A stretch of 64,000 nt of DNA, from contig OZ316895.1 in NCBI GenBank assembly GCA_973895155.1, forward strand, positions 18,423,880-18,487,879, in the 5' to 3' direction. A program made the translations under genes and the position numbers. The notes below the pieces were generated by a model. It did not search any database and was not told where the DNA came from. It saw nothing but the letters and a program-made list of their open reading frames with translations. Below, piece by piece: positions 45,855 to 58,035 of the stretch (position 1 is the first letter of the stretch; every line of letters begins with the position of its first letter). This DNA comes from Marsupella aquatica (Eukaryota; Plantae; Marchantiophyta).

Positions 45855-48800
45855 TAGCGCCTGGCGCTATCTTATCGGTATTTCAGGAAACAAATAGTTG
45901 GCATTGAGAACATCAAGCACAACACGATGATATTTGACGGTGTAGCCTAAACGACAAAATTATCAGCGCCTGGCGCTAACAAAACATGACGCGACATAAA
46001 TAACACTTTTCCGTTGACATACAAAAAAATCAATATAACCGTTTGGACCAATAATACAACCTACATCATCATGATTCATGCTATAAACCATGAGCATTTT
46101 GCCTCTCTATTATGAGCCGAACCTCTCCAACAGTGAGAATTGGTTGGCTGGTCAATGTAGATTCCTCAATGTCTAGTTTGAAAACGGTAAGGAAAATCCA
46201 ATACAAATGTTTGCAAGGCATATATGGATGTTTCCGAGAATGTCGCCGGTAGAAATCCTCACATGAGCAAGTGGGGAAAATGCAAATTTGAACAAAGTAA
46301 CAATTTGGCGTCCGCATATTTTTGTGCGTTTTCACCTTAAACTGCTTTCCCCATGCATTCCCAATCGCAACATCCCACTCTCCCTGAATGGACATCGTCT
46401 CTTTTTTTGTAGACGCAATTCTGTTCATGTGACCCTGGGTAAGATTTGACCGAGGAACCGTATTCCTCCCATTCCGGCTTCGGAGACAAACATTGGGTTT
46501 GACAAGATTCACATGTTCTGGAAAGATATTGACATTGATTCGAAGATCAAAATCTGACGGGGGTGTAGTTGTACATTCATTTCCGCGCACTAGGGAGATT
46601 CCGTTGTCAAGAAGATATTGCAGCTCGTCTTCCGAAACATTTGTCCCTTTCAAAACGGGAAGAACATCTGGGAAAGGGGGTAGGTTCAATACACCTCGAC
46701 GAGGGCGGCTTCTATAACATGTATTGTTTGGGCAAAACCAAATCATTTCGGTTATGGGTTCCCCCCTGAAAATGCGTTGTCCTTTGACAACAACGCCGAT
46801 AACACCATGTGGTGAGGGAAATCCAACTTTTTTCACGCGATTGCGACACTCATCTCTTTCAGAATTACGGGAAAATGATCCGTTGCACTGAGGACCAGCG
46901 CCAAATTTTGAAGTTCGACGTAATTGCCATGCAGCTGGAGCAACCTCGGTCTCACGGACAAGACACTCTTGTAACGGTTGCTGAAGCACGGAGGGAGCAG
47001 TCTGGGGAAGCCTCGTTGAACGCGTTCGGTCTCGAGCAGGAGGGGTATTGAAATCGACATCTTCTCCACCACCCAAAATGTCACTTCCAGACAGATTAAC
47101 AACAGGATTAACTTGAGGTGTAGGGCCAGGGATAGCATCAAACGTCGTGCAATTAAGATTCTTCCTTTTCATCGATCTAGTATTGGGCAAGGTGACAAGG
47201 ATTTTATCATGCCTATGGGAGTCTTGTGGCGAGATATTCCCAGAAGCATGTCCTTTCCTCTTCAAAGATTTGGTGACAACGTCTCCATTGAGAGGTGCAC
47301 GTCTCTCCAACTCAAACTCGGCAGCATTGGACAGTAGCATATTCATTGCATCTTCATACAACTTGGGGGAGCCTGCCTGGTCCGCTGATTGGAAAGCGAG
47401 TTCCCAAATTGTTGGACCTTTTCCTCTATGCAACCCTTTTCGATACGCAGTGTAAGCAGCAACCTGAGAAATAGCTCAATTTTGGTCCATTTCACATGCC
47501 TCAAAGAGGCCAACCTTTTTCTTCATTACCCATGCTTTCATACCTGCGTGCACGGACTCTGATCCTGTACAATTAGGAATCTTAGCCCCTTCTTCGACAC
47601 TCTTGTTCTGCAATTACATAGAATAAATTGTCCGTTATGCAACAAGAAAACACTAGCGTCGGGCGCTAGTGAAGTAAAGTCTGTACCTAGAAGTAAAAAC
47701 TGGCACTGTCCATTAAGGGATGACTTATTGCGTCGTATTGTGTCATATGACAGTTTGAATAAATGATAGCGCCAGGCGCTAGTATTAAAGGATGCTATGG
47801 TATTGTAATATTTGAATATGGATACAAACATTTTGTAATGAGAATATAGCACAGTAATACCTAAAGAGCGGAAAGCAAAGTAAACTAACTTACCAAACGA
47901 ATAAAATTTCCCCATTGCCTCCACCTGACGACCCACCATGAAATCCAACTCTGGAGCATCCGAAGCTTCCCCGGGACACAGTTACCCGACTGCCACCACA
48001 AATCAATCTCCCTTGAAATTCTGTAAGCCTCTACAAATGTGGGGGCATTTTGCATCTTATCCCAAAGCCTCCGATGCTCTCCTTGACTCTCTTCAATCAC
48101 TCCTTCAACTGAATGGCGATGGAAGGCTTGATAGAAATGGAATGCGTTAGTTCGCTCACGCTCAAGGTTTGGATGCCCTCCAAAAAAGACATTTCGGACT
48201 GCCAGCCAACCAGCTTGAGCATTGTCCGCCATGAATCCATGAATAATTGGATTTTCTAATCCATTCTCCTTGGACACCTCAATCATTAGTCTCCAAGCCT
48301 TCTCGAACGACTCTGTATCCTCCGCTTTTAGTTCGCAGGTAAATAAGGTACACAGAGCGCGATAGTTATGATCGTAAATATGCGCACTAAAAGTAACCCA
48401 GTCTTTTGTGAGTCGTTTCATCACATCAAAACTTACCCAAGAACCTTCGAGACTTCCACCAGGTTGCATTTGTCTCAAAAGATCGACGCCTGATCCATGG
48501 CCGATCGAAGTCATCTTGAATATGTGAGGACGGTCTTCTTGAGACCCTTGACCTGGTAGGAGGTACCTTTGGAGGAAAGGCATGTTGATATTTCTTTGAT
48601 ACCGAACAAGAAAATCTAGTTCACCTCGACCTTTCTGGTCCTGTCTAACACTACGAAAGAGGGACGCAAACTTCTGGGGTGTGGAAACTACCATGAGCGA
48701 CTCAAATATCTCAGTTTCTTCAATATCTTGAATATCTTCCACACTTTCACACAAGGACTTTACAAAAGACCCTGTCGCCACATTTTTTACACCAGCAGGA

Positions 48801-50528
48801 GTGAAAATTGGATTTCCTTCCAATTTCTTTTTGATAACCTCCTCAACAATCTTCTCTGCGCTCCGAGAAAACATCTTTCTTGAAGGATGGTTGTGCATCC
48901 CCATATGAATTGCCAAGCGGGACATGTGAGTACAGGTTTCTGAGTCAACTAGAACCTGGGGGTACATGTAAAATAACCTTGCTGGACAAGATTGGACACA
49001 AAACGGAACTTGATCACAAAATTGGCAAACAACTCCACCTTCGTCAAGGAAGGAGCCAACACGATGTTGCCCGCCAAGTTTAGGGGTTCCACCCCAGGCC
49101 TTTTGGTTCCTCCTTTTCTTCCGTCAAAAATAGTCGCAAGTATTATTCCTACACTCAATGGAACCAGTGCACGTTACTTTACCAAATTCCCAATATTTCT
49201 TGGGATGAACATTAGCTGATGTAGGAAATATTCTGGTCCAGATGTAGCAATCCTTCGACCGGTCCATGTCGCGTAGACGTGACCCCTTTGAAAGAGCTCC
49301 CGCAGGAGGCAACTCGAATACAATATTTCCATTGTATTTCTTTGGCAAACAGCCGACTTGTTCATGGCAGAAGTCCCCAACCGCGATGAACCTCGAGATT
49401 TCACTGGAACCAATTGACTTGAGAATGGTATCCATTGCACTTCTCCGATACACAATGGAATTTTTGGTAAAAACTACTCTAACCTCCTGTTTAACAGGGG
49501 TAACCTCCTGTTTAACAACTGTGTGAGGGGGTTTATCACTAGACTCAGGCAAACCAGAAGGTCCATCATCGTCGCTATCTGAAAGCAAGACAACATCAAC
49601 AAAGGGTTTGGATGAAGATGAGAGATCGGATGCGACTGGTTTTTGAATGACAATAGAATACCAAATTCCTGCATTCAAGTGCCAAAAACGAATCCCGACA
49701 TCAACATCAAAAGAAGCAGTGAAATTAGAGGCTTCATCTCCGTTTCCCTCCTCCAAAATGTCCTCAATGTCATTCAAATCCAAACCAAAGCGCCCACAGA
49801 GATAATTTTCACTAACTTGCTTGTATATGTCATTGGCCGACAATGGAATGGATACAAGGTCACCCGTAGACGGACGCGTCAGAACAATTGACCTCGACAT
49901 TGTAAGATCATCCAACCCAAAAACACTCAGTTCACAATAATGAATGACGTCTTCGAATGCACACAATGGTATTCATAGTCAATAATCCGTTTATCAGAGC
50001 CGTTAGAATACGACAGAATCACTACCGGTCGAAACCACATCTGACACAATAAATGTTTTTTGTCGTTATGTCAACGACATTTACACTAATGAGCCTAAGA
50101 TGTCCGTTTACGAAGACCATAATCATGTTTATTAAATCATCTTAATTGAGTAGCGTCGGGCGCTACTCAAACATCATCACTCCAACATGGACCCAAAATG
50201 GTTCAATATATGTTTAGCGCCAGGCGCTACTCAAACCCACACCCTAAATTGTGGTATAAAACTGGAAAATTTTATCCGGAGTTTCAGAATAAATCCTAAT
50301 GTTTGTAGCTATTTTCCAAATATTATCTAAAATTTTACCAAAATGTTCCCATTTAATATTAGCGTCGGGCGCTAATCTGAAACGGTAATCATGACATTCA
50401 TTTAAGGCAAAATATTCAAAAATTGTATTCATTTTGTTTTTTATTTTATACTTCAGGGTCAATGTTGGCCTAACTTAGGGAAATTTTAGGGTTTGAATAT
50501 TGATCGTTTTGGGTAGCGCTAGGTGCTA
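45855..50528. repeat. Eight dispersed copies of the 15-bp palindrome TAGCG(C/T)CNGGCGCTA
   Basis: Copies at 45855, 45964, 47654, 47767, 50151, 50215, 50360 and 50514 (45964 and 50514 imperfect); none seen elsewhere in the window by eye. Confidence 0.88.
46081..49900 (-). pseudogene. MULE transposase (GCM/WRKY-like Zn finger, DDE core, SWIM finger), one intron 47608-47893, two premature TGA
   Basis: CTGSIECRNNTC..CQFC..CPARLFY..HMGMHNHP; WVSFD..GFMADNAQAGWLAVRNVF..AFH; after a GTAAGT...TGCAG intron, NCTGSESVHA (catalytic E); CSCEDF..MPCKHLYW SWIM. Stops at 49124-49126 and 47476-47478 are in frame. Confidence 0.8.
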
Positions 50529-50982
50529 CCATTGACCAATATCAGATTTGACCTAGGAATATAGATTAAAATAACCGAACTCTTCTTTAATGGTCATATT
50601 CAACGGTAACGTTAGGTCGCGTAATGTTGAAGATATGCCAACGGTATTCTAAACCACTAATCCAGAATTGACAAGTGGCGCTCAGGAGAATGTCGTAAAT
50701 AGATATCAATGTAGCGAGTGGATAGTTTAGAGATGATACTCTCCCCACCTCCCTTGTCCGCTGTATTTAGGCTTCGTTTCGGAGGTTCTTCGTGCAAGAA
50801 TTCTCTAGAAGAAGTACGGTACGAATGAGGTACTCAACACGATCGTGAAGCACTTCATGTGTGGGCGAAACATGGACCCTCTCCCCACCACCTCACATGG
50901 GTATAGTGCTAACGGGCAGAGAGAGTAGATCCATTCCCAGACATCCGAGTGCTCATTTTCTGGATCTGTTTATAGTCGTCGT

Positions 50983-51543
50983 GTGACACGGTCTACAGCA
51001 TCCCAAGATCCTGAAACAGTCATGGTAGTCACATTTCCGAAGAGCAGGAGAGCGAAGATGGACGATCTCGACACATACGCTATGGAAGATCGAGGAGAAC
51101 TGTCACTGACGATGTCCGACGTTATCTCCAAGCACGTTATGGTGTTTGGCAAGGATTTTAGAGGGCACGACAAAGACCCCCCAAGGATTCCAATGTGCCG
51201 CTTGGTTCACATGGAAGTTGTCCGCACCTTACAGAAGGGAAGTCCTTCAATTGAAAAGTTGAAGGACTCTTTTTGTAGCACAGGATACAACTCAAAAATT
51301 GGAATGCTATTCTATGTCCAGCCGGCAGATTCGAATGGGAATGTCCAGACATGTACTCCAGAAATTCGAGCGACTTGGGACCCCGTGTGGGTGGCCGAGA
51401 ACAAGAAGTTTGAAGCTAAATGTGCGGCCAATCCAGACTTCATGGTGTTACAAGATAAGATGTTTTACGTTTTTGACGGTAACCATCAACTTTACGCATG
51501 GTCGATCGTTACGAAAGAAAATCCGGAAGATAGCAAGTATCAC
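50983..51543 (+). pseudogene. ParB/Sulfiredoxin-like domain protein, N-terminal part, interrupted by element C
   Basis: RIPMCRLVHMEVVR..IEKLKDSF..GY..FYV..MFYVFDGNHQLYAW follows the ParB/Srx layout (I-x-x-x-x-L..R..L-x-x-S..G..Y-x-x-x-DG-x-H-R-L-x-A). Q in place of R is CAA, one CpG transition from CGA. Confidence 0.65.
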
Positions 51544-54500
51544 TGTGACGCCGCCGGTACGGCGGTTAATGAGTGATTCGGTCTAACTACGCTCGGCACG
51601 CGCGTTAGAAGTGTCTTAGGCCGCTATTATTAGCATAACGACAGTATTTAGGTAATCATTATGGGTAGAACATCATTAGGCAATAAGGGGGAATTCAGGT
51701 TCGGACTGGCGGCGGGTCGCTATTCGCACACCCGGGTTACGAGCGTGGAGGGGCCCCTCCCTCGGGTCCGTATAACAAACTTAAGGAAGCGGCCACTGAC
51801 ACGCGCTGACTCAGACCGGCGGAGTGACCGGTACACCACAAGCGTGAGCGGTTCAGCCTATGGGCATCGAGGAGACATCGGGGGATCGACAAGCCCTCAA
51901 GGTATAAAAGGGGAGCCAACCCTTTGTAGTGCACCAGTCCATCAGTCCACGCGCCATCTTCGACCCCAGCTCTCTCGTTCGCTCTAAGTCGCCACTACTA
52001 TCTCCTCTGAATCCTCTCCAGCTTGGCCATTCGATTTTGGACGCAGTTCCTATCTACCGGAAGGCACTTGGCCGACTCATTGAAACACGCCAACCCGCAC
52101 CGATACAAAATCGAACGCGAGTACGAGAGAGCCATACTAACAGCAGTGGCACTACCCAGGCCCGATCGGGAGGATGGGGAAGTGTCACCTTCCCCGAGCC
52201 AGTCACGAGGGAAGAAGAGGAAGGAATCCACCACTGCATGCGGGTTACCGTTGGCCACGGTAGCCGTAGCCAAGGTGACGATGCACCGCATGGGGGAAAA
52301 CGTTCACAAAAACATCCTCCATCACAAACATGCGGTGTACCTGAAGACTCAGGGATTCGAGCACCTCGCCTCCCTCCCCTGGAACACTTGCAGGTACTAC
52401 GGGGAGGACATGACGGAGTTCGTCAAGAATTATGACGACGCGCATCAACATACTCGGCTGCGGGGAAGGAGTATGTCCCTCACGGAAGAACGGCTCAGGA
52501 TGACCTTCGGGTTACCCGAAGGTGACCATCGAGTCAAATCACGGGCTCCCGGGGGCAAGGGAGCCAAGTACCAATCTTCAAGTTTTCCCTCAGAGGGAGC
52601 AGTGGACAACGGGTTCGTGATGAGGACCTGCCTCATCCCCAAGATAGCTGAGCGACTGGAGTTCCAGAGGTACGCCCTCCACATGATGGAACCCCGGGGG
52701 GAGATCTCCGCCGCCTAGGTTATCCAGGTCGAGAACTATCGACCTAGGAAGTGGGCGTCGTACTTTGCTAAGAAATTCCATGAAGAGATGGAGCGGCAAA
52801 GGAAGACGCTGTACATTGGCGGGAAGGCGTATTTCGCTAGCCACATCGAGATCATTCTTGAGTGGTACGCCCGGTTTGATCGACGAACCCTTCCCCGTGT
52901 CAATGTTACAAAGCTGGTCCCTGCTAGGTGGGTTTTCCCGGCCTTGGAGAGACGGCCCCAACCGAGGCCCAGAGTCCAGCGGACACGCCAGCTTCACCCA
53001 CCCCACCTCCACAAGTAGCTGTAGTCGTAACTGAGGAGGTACCGGATGGGTCGGTTGTCGCAACCGTTGATGCGACCCAATAAGCCGGGCTAAGTACAGA
53101 AGTCGGTACGGCGGAGGTCTTACCCGAGCTCGGGTCTCCCAGAGACCCACCAGTGGCTATTTCGGAGAACCGGACATTGCTGTAGGAGGACACTCTAGCC
53201 CCTTCCAACGTTACGTCCCCAGGGCTGGACGTCACTGCCCCGGCCCCCGCGCGTGTTGACGTCTGCCCGTGCCCAACTCCGGACAGGCACAACCTGGACC
53301 ACCCGGAACTCTTCGTACCGGGTACATTTCTGAACGGGCTTCTGGGAGATTTCTCTCATCAAATTTCCCGGGATACCGGGGAGTTCATGGCCCGGAAGGT
53401 AGCCTATTTCTTCAATCAGGAGTTGGTTGCCGTAGTAAAGGCAGGTCGGACCCAGTCAGAGGCCCTTCAGAGGATAGAGCGGTACCGGGTGGAGTCCGTG
53501 TACTTAAAGAACAAAGTTGCGGCTCAAGAGGCTGAGCTTCTGCAACTACGACCCAAGGTTGCAGCCGCCAATGAGTTGTTAGCAAAGGTGCACGGTCTTA
53601 CCGCCCTAGCCGAACAGGCCAAAGCTGGGAACGAGGCCGAGATTACACGACTCCGGAACCAGATTGACAGTTTGAAGACTCACCTGGCAGAAAGACCTGG
53701 AGGAGGCCGAGGAACGGGCCCAACGGGACACGGCGGAGATAGCCACGCTGTAGGCTGAGGTGGCGCGGCTCCAAACCGAGGCCGAGAAGCAGGACCAGCT
53801 GGCGGGTAAACTGACGAGCGACGCCCAGCAGCTGGAGGAGGCATGTCAGGAGGCAGCAGAGGGGACGGACACGGCAAGGCGAGAGAACGAATCTCTGCTG
53901 GACCAGGTCCAGCTCCTCAAGGCGGACAATGACAAGCTTCGAAGGCAGCGGGATGGCCGCTCCCATTCGGGCGGCTCTGGCAAGCGTGCCAGGCATTAGT
54001 AGCGGAGTAGGAATAGATTAGGATTAGGACTGGCTTAGTCAGGCTCTTGGGACAGGCACCTGCCTTAGGTACAGCAGCGCTGCCATGCTGTCCAGCCTGC
54101 GTAGATTAGGATCTTCTAATAAGACACAGCCGTTTTCTGGCCTGACTGTCAGCTTGGTTAGGACCTTAGTCAGCGAATCTTCGGCGAGAGGACACCCCAT
54201 CCCTCGGCCCTTAGTATTTAGTGCACCCCTTGGTAGAGGCGAGCGGGGGGTTTTTAGTTTCAGAGTTGGACGTCCGTGGTATATGCAGGGAGTCCCGACC
54301 TCTGGGAATGAAAGAGTACCAAGGGGGGGTAGGACTAAGCTCGCCGGGCGAGTGCGGAGCCAGGCTCCGTTGTAGTGTGCACCCTCGGCCTTGAACCTGT
54401 TCATTCCGGGGCTGTCGGGTCAACTAAGTGTACGCATATGTTCCCTTTGTAGTAAAATCCTTTCCCATCATTTTCCTTCGTGTAAATCAAGATTGTATGC

Positions 54501-54895
54501 ATGTGTGCGTGTATGTGTGTGGGTTTCTCGTATATGGGTGGCAGCGCCAGGCCGAACGCACTACCCGGGATGTGCACAGGATGCAGCCTGCGGGTAAGTG
54601 GTTGCAACCACGGGTTGAGGACCTATATCATTGAATCCGGATCGAAGGCGGACAGCACGAAGGCTTAGAAGCCCTTAAGCCGGGGTCGATCCTGCTATCG
54701 ACTAAGGTACGTTCCGGCGGTGGAACACAAACCATACCTAGGAGGTGTCCGTATTTAGCAGTATGCGCACTTAGTGCTAGTTTACGAGAATAAGGTGCAT
54801 TACGTGCTTCCCTTCCTGCCCGAACCCTCAGATTTACGAGGGATGTGCCCATCTAAGCTGAAGTCTGAGTTAAGGCCGAAGCCGACGACGTGACA
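51544..54895 (+). repeat. 5' LTR of element C (about 3352 bp)
   Basis: TGTGACG...CGTGACA imperfect inverted termini; TATAAAA at 51903; PBS 12 nt after the end. No second LTR in the window to confirm. Confidence 0.65.
52023..53999 (+). pseudogene. LTR-encoded accessory protein of element C, decayed homologue of the family-A LTR protein
   Basis: GFEHLASLPW..DMTEFVKNYD..TRLRGRSMSLTEERLRMTFGLPEG..EISAA*V aligns with GLEAFVRLPW..DLLEFVGSWE..TRIYGKDFYLTPKVIAEVFGLPIG..EIGKAQV; C-terminal coiled-coil fragments at 53387-53999. Confidence 0.75.
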
Positions 54896-54907
54896 TAGCC
54901 TTTGTTT

Positions 54908-54928
54908 TGGCGCTAGATGGAGGGGGCA
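54908..54928 (+). promoter_or_regulatory. Primer-binding site of element C
   Basis: TGGCGCTAGATGGAGGGGGCA, 21/21 identical to the family-A PBS. Confidence 0.8.
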
Positions 54929-55018
54929 CTCTACATATCGTAGAGGGGAGACATGTGCGTATTCACCTAGGCAGGATACATCAGGACGTACTACTAACCA
55001 TCGCATTTATATGAGTAA

Positions 55019-58000
55019 ATGCCCGTCACTCGTTCTCAAGCAGCTTACTTGAGGAGATTGACCAGCGAACGAGAAAGTGCAACCACGATAAGTTCCGATT
55101 CTTTGGGCTCGGAGGACTCGCAATCGCCCCGACGTATGAACATACCCCCGGGACCTTCGGGGTCGGTTTGACCAGTCCTGCTGCGGTTCCTCCGCCACCA
55201 CCACCACCACCGCCACCTCCACCACCACCTATGGGAGCCGCTCCACCGATGGCCCGCGCTGCTCAAGCTCCTCCACAAATATCGCAACGATCGTGATTTC
55301 ATTATCGACCTTTCAAGGGGCGTCATGGGGATGATCCGGATGAATGGTTGGATGAGTTTGAAGCCACTGCTAAAGCTAATGGGGAAGACGCCATTAAGCT
55401 AACCGTCCTCCCGGGAGTGATGCGGGGAGAAGCTCGCCCTTGGTACAACTCGTTGCCACCCGGGACTACATGGGCTCAATTCCAAGCTGCATTGCTGCAG
55501 GAGTTTCGTGCCATTGGATCAGAACAGCGTTCTCTATTAAAGATTGGCCAGCTTCGCATGGGAAAGAAGGAGTCCCTGCGGAAGTTCATTCAGAAGTTTC
55601 AGAAACTTGTGGCCAAGATCCGGCCCAGGCCGGGAGACGCGCTCCAGCTTACATGGTTCCTTCATGGTTTGCCCACAAATATGCAATTCTGGGTACGCCA
55701 GAATAATCCAATTTCAATGCAGGCGGCCATAGCGTGCGCCGAAACTTACCGGGAGTCCACCTATAACTCCCGGCGGAGCCAGCGAGCACGCCGCAAGAAG
55801 GGTAAGTACGAGACCTTCAGTGACAGTGACTCCGAATCGGACGATGAGAGGAAGAAGAAACGCAAGAAGAAGAAGAAACATCGTTCGACCTCGTCCAGCT
55901 CGGAGACGGAATCCAGTTTGGATTCAGCTTCAAGCATCGGATCCTCTACCTCCAGTTCATCAGGAAGTGACTCAAAGAGCGAAAGTCGGAGCAAAAAGAA
56001 GAAGAGACGAGTGAAGAAGGAGGGGAAGATCAAACCCCGGGCGCGAAGAACGATACCAGATCCAAAGGCTGCCAAAGCAGACAAGCTGAACGAAATCACG
56101 GATCGACTCAAAGCACTATCAGTACATCTTGCGGAAAAGCCGGTGGAGAAGAAGAAGCCATCTGAGATTCGAGCCCATGCATGGTGTTCAAAGTGCTTCC
56201 AATCCGGCCATGTGGTGCAGGAATGCCCAAGGTGGAAGAACCGAGTTCACCAAGTAGAGCTAGATGATGTTGACAACCCGGGTCCCGAATCGAAGTCCAC
56301 GGAGTATTTCTTTGAGGACCCTCCTGATTCCGTGTACCAGATTTCAATGGTAGGTCCGCGTAATTTAGCGGGTAGAACTACGTACCCCTACCCAAACAAT
56401 GGCCGGAGTTTCCAGGTTATCAATAACCCGAGCATCCCTCCTAAGCTAGGGATTTGGCGATCCCCGGTTTGTTATAACTGTGAAAAGCCAGGACACTTTG
56501 CGAGGGAATGCACCGAACCAAGATGTCAGGGAGATGGCCGAGGCACCCCACTATGTCAAGTCTGCAAAACGGAGGCTCATTCCACGGCCAACTGTCCGTT
56601 GGTAATCGTTGCTCGAACGAGCGCAGCTAGACCGGCCCAGGCTAGACCGGCCACGAGTGATGCAGTCGTCCAAATGATTGCTGTAGAATGGCAAGATGAC
56701 AATACCGAGTGGGTGAATCTGGTGGACGTGGTGGAACACCCTAATCCATTGGATGAGGCCGAGTGCTACCGAGTGTCGACAAGGGCCGAACGGAAGGAAG
56801 AGAAGACGGAGGAGAAACGAAGGAAAAAGCAAGATACTACTCCGGTGCAGCCAGTGATAGATATACCCCCGGAAAAGGATGATGACTACCGACGGGACGA
56901 CCCGAAGCTATTTTTCCCCCGCATCAAAGAATTGGTAAAGAAACAGCTGGAGGCTTACGAAGCTCGGGAATACTAGAAGGCAATCGATAAGGACATCAAA
57001 GCAGCCGAGACAGCCCGGCGACAGGAGCAAGAAAAGCAAGATAAACAAGAGGAAGCCAAGCAGCAGCCGAAGGAAGAAACGAAGGAGGACTATGATATTA
57101 AGGAGGACATGAAGAGTTGCCCGGTTACAGCGACGGTGGGGCAACTGCTGCAGAACAACCCACAGTATAGACGGCAACTAAGGGAGTTGCTCATGGGTCG
57201 CCAAAGGAGAAGACTACCCCGAGTTGGGATCGCGGACTGCAACATGATATACGAGGACCTTGGAGCGCCGGACATCTCGATCGAAATTAATAATTGTACC
57301 ATCAAGATGGTTCTTGTAGACGGAGGAGCGGGAGTCAACATCATGACTGAAGAAACGTCAGTCAAGTTAGGATACCTCACGTATCAACCCACAGCCCGAG
57401 CTATCAGATTAGCAAACGGGGCAAGGGTCCTCGCATTAGGCACGCTCACACGAGTGCTCACTCTGGTGGGAGGGGTGGAGTTCTATCTCAACTTCCTAGT
57501 CATGAGGCCGGTTTGTCCCTCCTCTTACCCGATTCTTCTGGGCAGGCCGTGGCTGTACGGTGGCCGCGTAGTCACGGATTGGGGAAAGAAGGAGCTACGG
57601 TTCGGGGAACCCACCATACGGGTATCATGGGCAATGGACGATTATCAGGGAGAAACCCCACAAGGACCCAAGGAATATGATTCGGAGACCTCAGAGGAAG
57701 AGGAACTCAATATGATTGAACTCATCTTGTCCCTGTCCGAGGAAGATGTCTTCGGAGTTGAAGAAACCCGCAAAACACATCTCCTAAATTACCCGAGGGC
57801 TGCCATTGAGTCCACCCCAAGCACATCTACTGCCGGGGATGAGGAAACGCACGAACAACTTGTCGAGATGGAGGACACGGCTCCAGCTAAGCAGGGAGCC
57901 GAGGATGCTTCTACCATTGCAGAGCCTCGTGACCACGAACCAGCCCAACAATCGCCCCCGAGGCCGAAAACTCGAGACCGAGACATAAGAAACGAGTCTC

Positions 58001-58035
58001 ATGGGATCCATCCATTCCGCAATTGGAGGAAGTAA
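55019..58035 (+). pseudogene. gag-protease of element C
   Basis: MPVTRSQ start, HYRPFKGRHGDDPDEWLDEF, three CCHC knuckles, VLVDGGAGVNIM, ILLGRPWL; in-frame stops and one early frameshift. Confidence 0.85.

Larger units (their letters stand above)
45480..51543. mobile_element. Mutator-like (MULE) DNA transposon with two divergent genes; left boundary approximate, right part displaced by element C
   Basis: Shift to AT-rich sequence near 45490; transposase on the minus strand; ParB-like ORF on the plus strand; one palindrome shared across the non-coding parts. TIR/TSD not identified. Confidence 0.65.

Noticed and set aside
50151-50528. Clustered palindromes as a CRISPR array
   Set aside because: Repeats are only 15 bp, irregularly spaced (64, 145, 154 bp), no cas genes, eukaryotic context.
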